Assembly: GCA_905178155.1 (NCBI GenBank)
Contig: CAJINV010000017.1
Coordinates: 1,170,722 to 1,234,721 of the forward strand
DNA from: Amoebophrya sp. A120
Taxonomy: Eukaryota > Protista > Dinoflagellata
Direction of reading: 5' to 3'
DNA length: 64,000 nt
Every line of letters begins with the position of its first letter. Position 1 is the stretch's first letter. The translations under genes and the position numbers were made by a program. Of the stretch, positions 14,001-27,000 are shown one piece after another. The notes below the pieces were generated by a model. It did no database searches. It had not been told where the DNA came from and saw only the letters and a program-made list of their open reading frames with translations.

Positions 14001-16623
14001 TCTAAACCAGGAGCAGCTGCAGCAGCAGCCACACCGGAGGATAACGATCAAGGGAGCAGCAGACAGGATCATCCCGTATTTGAAAATGCACCCGCCAAGC
14101 GCCAAGTTGCTCACCATGTGGAAGCGGCTCATGGGCGAGGGCAAGCGGGTGATCCTCGTGGCCGAGTGCTATTTACCCCCATCTAGTACAACTCCCTCGA
14201 CCGGGAGTGGTGGCTTTTCAAGTTCACATCAGCAGCAGATGAGTGATCGCGGTCTCGCCGCGCATTTGGTCGAGAAGCAGATGGTAAACAAAAATGGATC
14301 TACTTCGTCCCAAGCAAAGGCTATCAGCGGCAGCAGTCTGGACGACTTCACGCTGGACGTGTCGCAGCTGCGATGCGTCGGGCTGTACGGCCTCGAAGAC
14401 CCGCCGAAGGAGGGCGTGCGCGACGCGGTCTCGCGCGCCCGGGGCGCGGGGGTGCGGGTCGTGATGGTCACGGGGGATCATAAAGACACGGCGGCGGCCA
14501 TCGCGAGGGAGCTGGGCATATTAGAAGACGACGGCACAGCAGCGGTGATGGGAGCAGACAGCAAGTCGACATCCTCGACGACGACGGTCACAGGCGGAGG
14601 TGCTGGTCCTCCATCATCAAACATGCTCACTGCGTCGGGAACGAGAAGTATGAACGCGACAAATTCCAACCTTTTGGACAGCGGCGTTTCGAGTTCTGTA
14701 GGGGGTCTCACGGACGAGCTGCAGTCTGTGGATTTACTCGGCGGGACCATGTCCACTATCGCCTCCAGTGGAAACCTGCAGCAAAGTGGATACAACACAA
14801 CTACACATCAAGCCGCAAGTCAAAATGGTACCGGACTACCATCTGCTGCGATGATCGGAAATAGCACACAACTACATCAAGGTAATCCCAATCTTCCTCC
14901 CAGCAGCACCGGGGACCAAAATGTGGACCTGATCGGGACAAACAGCTCGAACTTCGTGCACAAGCAGAACCCGTCGCTCGAATGCACAACACTGGAAGTG
15001 ATCACCGGCGACCAAGTCGAAGAGCACACGCCCATGGACGGCGACGAATTCGGCCCCGACGAACCCGCCCACATTTTGGACTTCTGGTTCCGCGCGACGC
15101 AGGAGTGCTCCGTGTTTGCCCGCGTGTCCCCGATGCACAAGCAGATCATCGTCCGCGCGTACCAACAGTTCGGCGGCGAGGAGATGTATCAGAACAGTTA
15201 CAACGAGGATTCCGGCGATGCCAGCATGGAGAATAACGTGATCAATCACATCATCGAGAAGTACGCGAAAAAGGGGTTTTTCACCGTGCGCGAAAAGGTC
15301 CGAGTCCACATCCTCGGCCGCCCGCCGACGCCCAGGAGCGCTCCCAACAGCAAGAACGCCTTCCACTTCGGCCAGCGCAGACGAAAAAAAATGACCGGCG
15401 CGATCTGCGCGATGACGGGCGACGGGGTGAACGACGCGCCGGCGCTGAAGCAGGCGGAGGTTGGGATTGCCATGGGCATTCGGGGGACGGAGGTGGCGAA
15501 GGACGCAGCGGACATCATCTTACTAGATGATAACTTCGGGAGCATAATCCGCGGGATAGAACAAGGAAGGAGGTCCGCGGACAACCTGCGAAAGTCGATT
15601 TTGTACACATTGTGCTCGAAACTCCCGCAATTTCTCCCCACGTTCATCCAAATTCTCTGCTCCGTGCCGGGTCTGAACATCCTCGTGGTCATTTTCCTCC
15701 CCCCGGTTGTCCGGAAGCTCCCGGGGCCACTTCTCACCGTCCCACAAATTCTCGCGATCGACATTCTGACTGACGTGTGGACCTCGATCGCCTACGCCTT
15801 GCAACCCAGCGAAGACAATTTGATGACTAGGTTACCGCGACACCCGAAAACGCAGCCTTTGATGGACACCGGGCTTTTGACTTATTCCTACCTCTATATG
15901 GGCGTGATGCAGTGCATCGGGTGCTTCCTCTGCTCGGTGATCCTGTTCTACCAGCCGCAGATGGACCAGATTGAGAAGACGGAAAACGAGGAGCTCGCGA
16001 CCAGTATCTACATGCAGGCGACAACCAGTTACTATTGGACGCTGGTGGTCGGGCAACTTGCGGCGGCCTACGCAACGACGACGTTCAAGCAGTCTCTGCT
16101 GGAATACGGGATTCCGAACAAAGTTCTGAATGTGCTGATCTTTTTGGAAATTCTGTCCGGCTTGTGGGTCGTGTTTTCTTCCGCGGGCAATGTCATGTTC
16201 CAGACGAGACCTATGCCGTTCTACCTGGTCGCTCTTCCCTTTCTAGTCACCTTTGTCCCAATATTAGTGATCGAAGAGCTGCGGAAGGCGTTGCTGCGGA
16301 AAAAGGACAAGGACATCGAGCTGGCGGAGCGGACCGCGCTCCGAACCACCGGGCAGGGCTTGTACGGCGGCCACCTCCATGGGGCGACGCCGCGGTCCGG
16401 GTCAAAAAGCCGCCGGAGCTGGAACCGGGTGCTGCGATCGCAGAGTCGGGAAGCCTACCAGCACGCCGCGCGCGGCGGCCAGTTCGGTGGACCCGGGGGC
16501 GGAGGTGATCAGGTAACGATCGTGCCCGCGGTAAACATGTGGGATTTGGATGTGCGGGCCGGGCTAGAAAACGACTCGGAAGAAGACGACGAGCAATGGA
16601 AAAACCTGATGGACTCGGTGTAA
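11036..16623 (+). CDS. P-type cation ATPase, type IIC-like (Na+/K+, H+/K+ family) alpha subunit
   Basis: Motifs [57 protein letters not shown] and IDILTD. GT-AG introns 11279-11460, 11740-11936 and 12741-12954; TA-type intron 13122-13433. Confidence 0.92.
13122..13428. mobile_element. TA-bounded intronic element, family F3
   Basis: CTGGA|TATGGATGTGTCAGAGTTGAAATCCACAAAGTTGAAATAATTTG...CAAATTATTTCAACTTTGACGATTTCAAACCTGACGCTTCCATA|CTGGA; spliced product [10 protein letters not shown]. Confidence 0.92.
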
Positions 16624-18081
16624 TTCTTCTTCCTGCAGCTGCGAGTCTCGTCGCGGATGTGGACGACGAGGAGATGGACATCATGAAGATCAATCATGGA
16701 TGTAGGTGCTGGAGAAAATCAATGTCCTCTTTACCGGCAAGAAAGAACGAGCAAATGGACGAAGTCGAAATCTAGCGACAACATTCACCTTTCCTTCGTT
16801 CTGGCTTCGGAAGATCATGATCTGCTTGTGGGTAAGAACCTAGCCTGAACTACTTTTCATGACTACCACCACTACGATTTTTTAAGAGCCGTGTATGTGG
16901 TCAATGTTATTTCGCACATGATCACAGCTTGTTCCATTCATTGTCCACCCCAAAAAAAAGCCAAAACGACGACGGAAATCAATGTGGTACTACCCCGGGT
17001 GAAGCGACGCTTCATCTTCAATCATTGACATATCCTCTCGAGCTTATCAAATAAAAAACCTCGAATCACGAGGTTTTACCACACTATTTTATCCCCACCT
17101 TTCGCGGCGCCCCCCAGCGTCTCCGTGGTCACAGAGAACTGCTTCAACCATATTTTCGTAGACGACAACTTTCAATGCGAGCAACGCTTCAACTTGAAGC
17201 TTGAAGATTTCCTTTCCAAGAAAAGGAAATACACAAGAACCAGAAACGAAAAAGGAGACAACTCCAACTCCTTCGAGTAGAGACAACCAACCGAAGACGA
17301 AGTTGTTGTGTCAAAGTCGGACCGGCGCAGAAAATCCGAACACAGAGGAGGTGGATCGTCAGCGTCGCACTCTTTCTCTTCGTCGTCTTCGGAAATGAAT
17401 TTATCGTCGGTCTTGATGTTGACCTGAAAATGATATGTTGTCTCTCTGATCGGCATCCTCGCTACAGGAAAGCGACACTCATACAAAATCGAAGTATGCA
17501 TGATGCTACACAGACATGTGAGAGCGTGAAGTAGGCAGCTGTTTGAAGCTATGATCGTCTATCGCATTCGCTTCGTGAGCGACAGTGTCGCAATGTCGCC
17601 AGGTCGTTTTCGTCTCTAGAGTTCTCGGAATCGATTTTTGGTCGACTTCGTTGATTTTGTTGTACGGCTATTCACCTATAAGAACTACGCATTGTCTACG
17701 AAAATAACAAATTTGTAGTCGAACTCAAATTGCAGACTTGCCACGCATATAGATGAAGAGCACTTTCGTTCTGTAGAACATCGAAATCAGCCCAGTGAGG
17801 CTTAACTACAAGCATGCGCTGCAGTTGCGGCTTACTAGGCTAGTACATGACTCTTCTGATTTGATAAAGCATAAGGAAGTACAATGTGCGAGTTTATCCA
17901 CCGGCAGTGCCGCTGCGGGACGTCGTCCCGGTGACGAGGATGACGATGAGGAAGATGAAGCAATTTGTCGCTGTGATCTCTCTTTCGAGAAATATGTGAT
18001 TGTGAAGCGATTCGTATTCATTTTGCGCGCAAAACTACCGTCCGTGGTCACCTCGTCCCGAGAAAACTAGCGTCAGCCATC

Positions 18082-21000
18082 ATGTTGGAGCCGGAGGACA
18101 CCACGATCGACATGCGCAAGATGCGCGACGGAATTTCGGACAAATTCGAGGCCTTCATCGCCGCCCGTCCCATGACCACCAGTAGCGGAAAAAGGAGCAG
18201 GAAAAACAATAAGTCGAAAAGTCCAGATGAAAGTATGCTGTCGAATTTCCACGGCGGGCATCAGGGAGGTGGAGTGGCCAACCGAGATCAGGAGGGCCGC
18301 GAGAGTTCCAGTTTCTACAAGGCCTACAACGACGCGCACAGGAGTACTCCGGCGCAACAGCAGGACTACACAGCGTACAACGCCGCGCACCGGATTGAGC
18401 GGATGAATTTCGCTTCCAAGTTGTTATCCGATATCGGCCACTTGGTCGAGCACGAACAACAAGAGCTGCACGGAGGTAGTTCATCTAATTTCGGGCTGCA
18501 GGAGCACGAACAAAGAGGCAACGCGCACGTCCTCGACGAAGGAGCATATTTCGCCCGCGATCTTCTCCACGCGCAAGGTGATCTGCCTGCAGCAGCAGCC
18601 CGTCCGGGGACTGCGGCCGCGGTACCGTCTTCGAGGCCTTCGTATGCAATGAAGCCCGATCATGGAAGTGGTGGCGGCGCAACAGTAGATGATCCAGATC
18701 CGAGCATGATGCTCGGCGTGGATCAAATGAAGGCAGAACGGCTGGCGCGGAGCAACAAGGAGAAGAAGGAGGGGATACCGGAGATCCCGATCTCCCACGA
18801 GATAAAGTTAAAGCAGCACATTTCCTCCCCAACCACTCGCGCAGCGGAGTATGCTGAAGAGCTGGAATTCGTCCGCAGACAGGCGGAGATTGACCACCGG
18901 AATGTCGTCAACAGCGAGGAGTGGAGGAGACAACACGGAGATCTGCTTGTGGCCGATCAGGAGAATAGAAGCAAGTCTGCCGCGGAACGGAGGGTGGAAG
19001 TGGAGGAACAACGCTGGCGGAACTCGACGCTGAGTCCGGAACTACGCACGGGACCTCCGATGCTGACGGCCGAGCAGTTGAAGATGCAAAAACTACTCGA
19101 AGTGGTAGACGACCCGAGTCTGTCGCCGAACAGCAGGAGCCGAATGCGCAGCACAAACAGCTACAGCAAGGAAATGGAGAGGCACTTGAAAATGCAGCAC
19201 TACTTGAGTAGTGGTGGAGATGGGGGAGAGGTGGAGGAACATCTCGAAGCAGGTCATCAACATCAACACGGAGCTCCTCATCAGAAGCAGCACAGACTCT
19301 TACCCTCCGCTTCCACGCCGTCCTCCTCCTCCGCGTCCCCCTCGCCGCATTTGTCGCGGAAGGTCCGCCCGCGTCCGAGTTCCGTCTTGAGCCCTTTGGA
19401 CAACAGCAATTTTTACGGCCAGCAGAATTACAGCAGCGACAACAATTTCGCTTCTTCTCCCGGCGGTGCTTCCTCCGCTTCTAGTCTCTCCGCCGCGCCG
19501 AGCAGTTCTTTGTCCCCCGTGACGAATCGAGGTGGCGCACATCAACCCAGTCCGCAGCACCACGTGCGGAGGGTGCCGCCGAGCCCGAGTTTTTTGGGGT
19601 CCGTGAGGGAGGAAAACGCGGAGGAGTTGCTGGCCGCGGCTGACGTGGAGAATTACGTCGAGGCGGAGGAGTTTATGGCGCGCTTAAAGTCGCGTTTTTA
19701 AAAGTCATAGTTTTTTTTTTTGAAAGGTGGCACAAAAACCGGGCACGCGGGTAGTTCAGTTAAATACCGGCAGGCGAAACGCCGCACGCCTTGCCCTGGG
19801 TGTGTCGCAAAGAAATCTTTGCCATGCGCCAGAGTTGGCACCATCGGGAGGCTGGACACCGCGACGCTATTGCCGCCTTTAGCAAGCTTGCCAGCAAGTG
19901 CACGTAATCCATTTTCACATCTCGCCGCACCCCCGGAAGTGAAGCAGCACTCGTAGCGCAAGGCCGCGGGCGCTGCGCCTGTTGCCTCAAATGCATCGCT
20001 GCGGCCCCACAACAGCGCCACCACGCTGGCCTCCCAACCAGCCGTAACAACAGACCTAGTGACCGCGCCACCCCTCGCGCCTCTACTATTTTGGTCGCCT
20101 TCCAACCACGGCAAGGCCATTGCCGCGCCTCTCCGCCGAGACAGGCTGCTGCCGCGCGTGCGGTGTTTTCCCTGTCGCGGCGTGGCCCCTGTGGTCTAGC
20201 ATCGGAGGCGCGGCCCCAAGGCTAGGCCGCCTCAAAATCCCTCCGAACCGCCCCGCCCGCCCGAACCAGCCAGGGCCGCCGCCCTAAAAAGCCCCCCTTC
20301 AAGCCCCGGCTCGCCAGCGCCCCAAATTGGGCGCCCATTCGAAGCGCCATTCTGAAGCCCTCTCATTGGGGCTCGGCTATTAAGCCGCGGCGCGTCGCCT
20401 CTCCTTTACTCAGAATGAACTTTGGGCGGCGGGGGGAGGCGAAGCGGACCCGGGGTTTTCGAAATTGAATCGCGGAATGCGCCGCGAAGGATCGCGGCGA
20501 GGCATTCTTTTGCGCGCCGTCCGAATTGCCTTCCTGGGGCTCAGTGCTATCGCATTTATGCGCGCCAGCTCGGACGACCCTATTCTCATATCGGCAGGGC
20601 ATTAAAATCGGCGGCAGTGCCTGAAGACTAGCAAAAAAAGAAAACTATGACTTTTGAAAGCGCGACTTTAAGCGCGCCATAGAGTTGCTGGCCGCGGCTG
20701 ACGTGGAGAATTACGTCGAGGCGGTGGAGAATTACGTCGAGGCTGACGTGGAGAATTACGTACTACAGTGAATTTTGTCTGTAGACGAAATTTTTGAAAT
20801 TTTTTCATTCTCCGACGCCCTCTCGTCGATCCCGCTTCCGCTTGCCAGGGTCGGCCTGGAGTTCGTCACCGCGGTTGTCGCCATCTCGTATTTCCAGGAA
20901 CAGCCCAGAGCAGCAACTTTGTCCTCGTTCCCGTCCGCACCATTTCCGAACGACTAGCCCGCGGTGACTGGGAGCCGACTTCTACCTGAATCTGAAAAAA

Positions 21001-24000
21001 ACATGTTTTTGATTAATCAGAAAAAGTGCCTTGATCTAGCTAGCTGATGACACCTCTGAGAACTATAGTAGCCTAGCTATCTTCTGTGTTTTCAGGTCCC
21101 ACGACAGCAAATCAAGAGTAGCTAAATTTGAGTCCCATTTCTGCATTGAGGATAGCGCGGACCCAGCAGGAGCCACAGAGGTCATTGGGTCGCCGAGCCA
21201 CGTTCTAGACCCGGAGGTTCCCATGTTGCGCCAGGTGGTGCAACAGCAGATGATCATGGAGGGGTCCGAGGGCTGTTGCTTCTGGTGCCGAGATCGAGGT
21301 CGCCGGTGCCTGCAAGTCTATCTGCTCTACCACGGACTCAAATTGCATCCTTGATTTGCTTTTATGGGGACCTTTTTAGCTAGATTACCTACCTCTAGAT
21401 CAGATCTTTATTTATCACATTTAGCTAGCTACTCATCAAGAAAAGTGTCAAGGTTTGAAGCCCAGGTCTGGAGACAACTGCGCCCGTCCTTCCACTGCAG
21501 CCCCTCCTGCCCGGCCCTCGCAGCTCACGCTTCGTGTTGACCTTGCTCTGCAACAGCGCCACCTTTTGTCCGCTTCTCCACCTACAGCGTCTTGCGCGAC
21601 CTTCGGACTCTGCGACCAAACCATCGTCAGCGCATCTGCAGCCATCCAGCATCGGCAGGGAAACAAAAATTTCAAAATTTTCGTCTACAGACAAAATTCC
21701 CGTTAGTAGTTGCTGGCCGCGGCTGACGTGGAGAATTACGTCGAGGCGGAGGAGCGGCGGAAATATCACAAGAAAAAGTGTACACGTACACGGCTTTCTT
21801 TTTTTTCGAAAAAAATTTTTTGTGGGCTCCCTCGAGGCGTTCACTTGTGTCAGCGAAAGCATTCGCTACGAAGTTCGCTAGATTGGGGGTCTGGCAGAGC
21901 TGGCGCACCTAGAGCACACGGCCCGAAGGTCATAGTCAAGGCCCAACAGAGAGGGGAAAGAAGCAGCCGGGTCATCTGCCCCATGCTCCTGGTCTCGTCT
22001 CAGGGCCGCGCAAAAAAGGCCGAAAAGGCCGGGAGTTGTCGCTCTAGCGCCTAGAGGTGGGCCGCCGGCGGCTCCTGCAGCCTGTGGCCCAGGTTCTCCT
22101 GGCGCCGAGGGTTAAAACCACCCAACAAACCGTCGCCACCATCAAAACAGGCGAAGGTCCTCCTTTTGAAGAGGTAAACGGACCACACCATGCAGCCTGG
22201 AGAGGATGTGCACGGTTTTTCTTGGGGTCAAGAAAATCCGCAGAAAAAAAGGCAAATTTATCTGAATTTTGCCTGCGAAATCGCGCACCACCAAAAAACC
22301 GTGTGCATCGCATCTAGACTGCATGGCATGATGGATGTACACGGTCTGCGAAGTGGTCGGGCCCGAAGACAGACACTCTGAACCGTGTACATCGGCCATA
22401 CCATGCAGTCTAGATGCGATGTACACGGTTTTTGTGGGCCCTTTTTAAAAATTGTTGCGTATTTCCTACTTTTGAAACCGTGTACATGGATCATAGCGTG
22501 GTGGCTAGGTTCCATGTGCACGGTTTTTGGCCAATCTGAAAAATTTGGCCTTGGAGGTATGCAAAAATTTGCGTTTTTCCGGACATCCGAAATTTGGAAA
22601 CTTTCCCAGATCTCGGGACACAACACAGCCAGACGAACCCGCCGAGAAATCTGAAGCAGTTCGGCTCCCGCCCAAACAATAATCCGCAGCCCCCATCAAT
22701 GTTTCCGATCCCAAACGCAGCCTGGCGGGTGGGGATGGAGTGTTCATGGCGGTGGGCCACTGTCGGGCATTGGAGGGGGAGCTGCTTTGCGCTGATGCAA
22801 GAGGTCCCATCTGGAGCCAGGATTGCAGGTCTGCCTCGTGGATATCATCCACCAAAATGCATCGGGCTTGGGCGGCGACCCTGAAAGCTTGCGCCCATAG
22901 TAAAATCAGACCTTTGTAGAGCGACAGTTTCTCCAACGCCGGGGCGAAGGCTTCAAGTGGTGCCACTACGTCGCGCTAGGGGGGCGCCAAAAATTTTTTT
23001 TTGGGAAAAAATGCAAACCGTGTACGTGTGCACTTTTTCTTGTGATAGGAAACGGACGGAGTTGCTGGCCGCGGCTGACGTGGAGAATTACGTCGAGGCG
23101 GTGGAGCGGCGGAAACGGACGGAGAAGATGAACGAGGACACCAACGAGCGAAAAGCGACTCTTGACCGGCTGAACGCGAAAGTGAAAAACGACGCGGAAA
23201 AGTTCAAGCAGAGGTTGGAAGACGTGTTCGGGAAAGACAATGAAAGGAGAAATAAATTGTCTACCGGCACGAGTGGTGCAGCAGCGTCTTCATCTCACGG
23301 CCACAATAGCCATACAGCGACGCATCAATCCTCCCTGCAATCCACTCTCGGTCCGGACGCCGCACCTAGACCGGCCTCTCCCGGTGTGCGCGCGCGGCAG
23401 GAGGAGCTGCACGAGAAGTTGGCGCAATTGACGAACCGGCCGAGCACCGAGCATTTGATCCCGACGAGTTTAGCGGTGGATCCCTCTGCCTCGGAGGTGG
23501 ATCGGTTGTCGGCGCATCTACGGGCGGGGCTGTCCTTCGACCGAATGCAGATGGTGGCGACAATTTTGTCTGCGGAACCCTCGGCGAGCAGCTCTACTTT
23601 TCACAGTAGTTCGTCCGGGAACGAGGAGGACAGCAGGGGTAAATCTAAAACAGAGGCTGGTGCGAAAGGAACAAAGACGCAGGTCATAAAGAACAAGGGA
23701 CATTTTTCCAAGTCTGCTGTTAACGAGAAAGCAAAAATGCTTGCGGAGGAGCATGCGCATCATCAAGCAGGGGCTGGTCAAGATGAACAGGCACTTCCTG
23801 CTGCTGAAATATCAGTAGAACGACAGAACCCAGTCGCGACAAGTGACAGCGAGCACCACATGATGCAAAGTGACGTCACTGTGGAGATTGAGTTGCCGCC
23901 TGCTGCTGGCGAAGCAGACCAGCAAGAACTTCGACAGGGCGTTGGCGTTGCGAAGAGGAGTGAACACCAGCACTGGCCTGTGGAAGCGAATCAAGAACAA

Positions 24001-27000
24001 ACAGTAGCTGCAGCTGACGCAAGCAACTACAACGACGTCGTCGAAGACGAATCCTCATCGTCACGCCGATCTTCGTCCCAAATAAATCAACAAAGTCAAC
24101 AAGTTCACGACACCACAGATGATTGGTCGTCCGTTCCTCTTGAAGTATCAACGAAAAGAAGAACAAGCCAGGAGGAAGAAATCCTGCGTGAGAATGTCCT
24201 CCAGCAGACTGCTTGTTCTGTTGTTGACCAGCTGCCACTGCAGTCCGACCAAGTGGACCAGGTAGACCACGAGATTGATGCTGACGAAAGAAGCTTGATC
24301 GAAACGCAGAACCGAAATCCAACCGAACTCGCACAAAAAATCAACGACCGGCTAGAGCAAGCTTCGAAGTCGACCTCCTCTCTCGGCACATCCAAATCTT
24401 CGACGGTGGTCGGAGATCAACATATGGCCGCGTCGAGCCAGCACCAGATGCAAAACAATCACGGCCCAGCGGGGGCACAAGAACAACTACACAGCGACGT
24501 GGAGCCGCAGAGCGACAGCACGGTGGTCCCGGTGGAAGTGGAACTTGTTGGAAAAGCGGCGGAGGTGGGGATTGGGGCGGTGGTGCAAAAAAAGCTAGCT
24601 GTTGAGCGAGTGGCTTCCGGAAAGGACGATGGTGCTGCAGGTTCATCTGTCGAACAAGCAGGCACGAAGACGGCTTCCTCGGTGCTGTCCGGGTCCCGGT
24701 CGGCGCTAGAACCAGATGACGCACAAGCTCAAGCATCGCGCGTTGATGAACAAGACGAGCAGCTGCTTCTTGCTGAAAATAACGTGGATCTCGTCGAAGA
24801 AGGGGACTTGCTCCCTTTTCCATTCCAAGCTGGGGTGGAAAAAGAAGGCTTTCGGATTGGGAACAACAACCGACATCAAGATCCGGAGTTTTTCGATCCG
24901 GACAATGCGCCTCCGCTGCGCCCGGAGCTGGTGAAGGATAACAATTTCTTTGCCAAATACGTCGACACGGGAATTCAAACCAGCAAAACGCCAACCATTT
25001 GGTCCTCCTCCGCGAGTGAACAAGGTAGGAGTACCGGGGGATCGAGTTCGCATAACCTGTATCAGCAGCACGAACGGCACCGGCAGGCGCAGTTGAACAC
25101 TGATCATGTGCACCATGACAACCATCCCCATCGCTCGCGGTCGAAAACGAGAAACGAATCAAAAAACAACAACAGCCCGCTCTCGCCGATGCTCGGCGGT
25201 GGTGTAGGGGCGAACCAGAACCAGTTCCGGACGAGACGGTCGCCGAGCAACCGACGGGTGTTTGACCGGTTGTTTTCTGACGCGGAGAAGTTACACAAGA
25301 AGCGGGTGCTGGAGTATACGAAAGAAAAGCAGAAACACGTAAACGAGTGGGATGACCGGGTGGACCACAGCCCCTCACCACGCGCGCGAAATCGAAACGC
25401 GTCCCCTGCGCGGGGGCGCGATAATGGCCCACACCAACGATCCGACGCGGACGGTTATCTGGACCCAGTGCCGGACTCGGAGTACGTGCCTCTGCAGCGA
25501 CCGGGCTACCGCCCGCCCACGACGAAGTGGAACGTGAGTCAGAAATACAACGGATCATGGAACGAGGTGGATGTGGACCTCTGGATGGAATCGGTCGTGG
25601 ATTCTCCCCCGGGGAGGAACCGCGGCAACGTGAACGACTACTACGAGCCCAGTGTGAATATGCACGCGAAAAATATGCCAAACATCATCCCATCGCCCGA
25701 TACTGGACATCACAAGAAACGCCCGAAAACCTCCGGTGTAGTTGGAGCAGCAAGTGCAATTGCTGCAGGATCTGGTCTATTTTTACCACCAGGAAACATG
25801 AAAAATAAGCAGCAACGTCCGCGGAGCCAGAGTCCGAGAAAGAGCAAAGGAACGAAGTCCAGAAAGGGTTCCGCGACGGACGACCAGGAAGTGGAAGAGT
25901 TAGGTGGGAGAAAGCCGATGTTTCGCCTCGTAATCGCTGGAACGGAAAATAACGATGGCGGAACTACAGGCACTGATGCGGTGGCAGGATCGTCACTACT
26001 AAACAACAGACGCGGGGGCACAGGAGCTCCTGCCCAACAAGCCCAACAACCTGTGAAGAACGTGCAGGCGCTCGCCCGCGCGCGACAGAGCGGGCAGAAT
26101 AGTGATTCTCTGGTTCTCCAGGGGACAGAACTCGAGCGGTACCAGAAGTGGAGGGAGAAGCAGAATCTGCTGCAACAACGGAAGGAGAAACAGCAGAAAA
26201 TTTTTGAGAAAAAAATGCAGCAGATCCACTCCCCGCGGAACTACGGCGCCGGCCCCAGCGGGCAGGTCGAGCCGGGGAGACTCGGGAGTAACGACATTGA
26301 GTACAGCAATCCCGGCGCATTGGGCCTATCCCCGCAGAACTACCAACCGCTGAATCTGGACGGGGACTGGGTGAGCCAGCACGACAAAGACGTGTTTTTG
26401 AACGCGAAACACCCGACGGCCCTGATGAAAAAGCGGTATTTGCTGGCCTTGAAAAAGGAGGAAGAGCAACGGGAACTGATGCTGGCGCGAAACCGGGAAG
26501 TCGACCCGAAATTGGAAAAATTGTTTCAGCCCGAGAAGTTGCACAGCAAGTTCCGGAAGCCGTATTTGGGGCAAGAGCTGGAAATCCAAAGAGAGATCGA
26601 AGAGGCGAAGCAGCGGAAGGAGTTAGAAAAGGAAAAAGCTGCGGAGCTGTACCGGAAATTATGGCTGGGCGGGAAGAAAAAGGAGGCTGAGAACAACAAA
26701 AGTGAAAGCCCGAAGGAAGAAAATGTGAAAAAACCAGAGCCGGTGGTGGAAAGGAAGATAGAGCCAGTGAAAATGCCAGATCCGCCGGCTCAGAAAAAGT
26801 GGATTGACGCGCAGCCGAAACAAGCTGTGAAGCAGAATAAACCTGCAGCAAAGGTCGCTGTTGCTGGAACCGCTCCGAAAAAGAAAGGAGGAAAAAATAA
26901 GCAGCAGAGTACCCAAGAACAGTATGAATCTATTGACCAGGTGATTCAAAACGCAAATCGCCGCATGCCCGAAGCAAACGAGGACGAGGGTTTGCTCCAT

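Larger units (their letters stand above)
19624..23106 (+). repeat. Four near-identical copies of a 48-bp coding segment (ELLAAADVENYVEA[E/V]E) separated by TIR elements
   Basis: GAGTTGCTGGCCGCGGCTGACGTGGAGAATTACGTCGAGGCGG[A/T]GGAG at 19624-19671, 20682-20729 (plus sub-duplications to 20760), 21709-21754 (lacks the first 2 nt) and 23059-23106. Confidence 0.95.

Noticed and set aside
17089-17501. Minus-strand acidic exon (NIKTDDKFISEDDEEKECD) after a TTTCAG
   Set aside because: No start, partner exons or homology; may be chance.
19674-23047. Transposase ORFs inside the long elements
   Set aside because: Only short (under 160 aa) low-quality ORFs with no DDE, tyrosine-recombinase or RT motifs that I can recognise.
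19624-23106. CRISPR array or integron cassette array
   Set aside because: The repeats are in-frame host coding sequence, the spacers are ~1-kb TIR elements, and no cas or integrase gene is present in this eukaryotic context.
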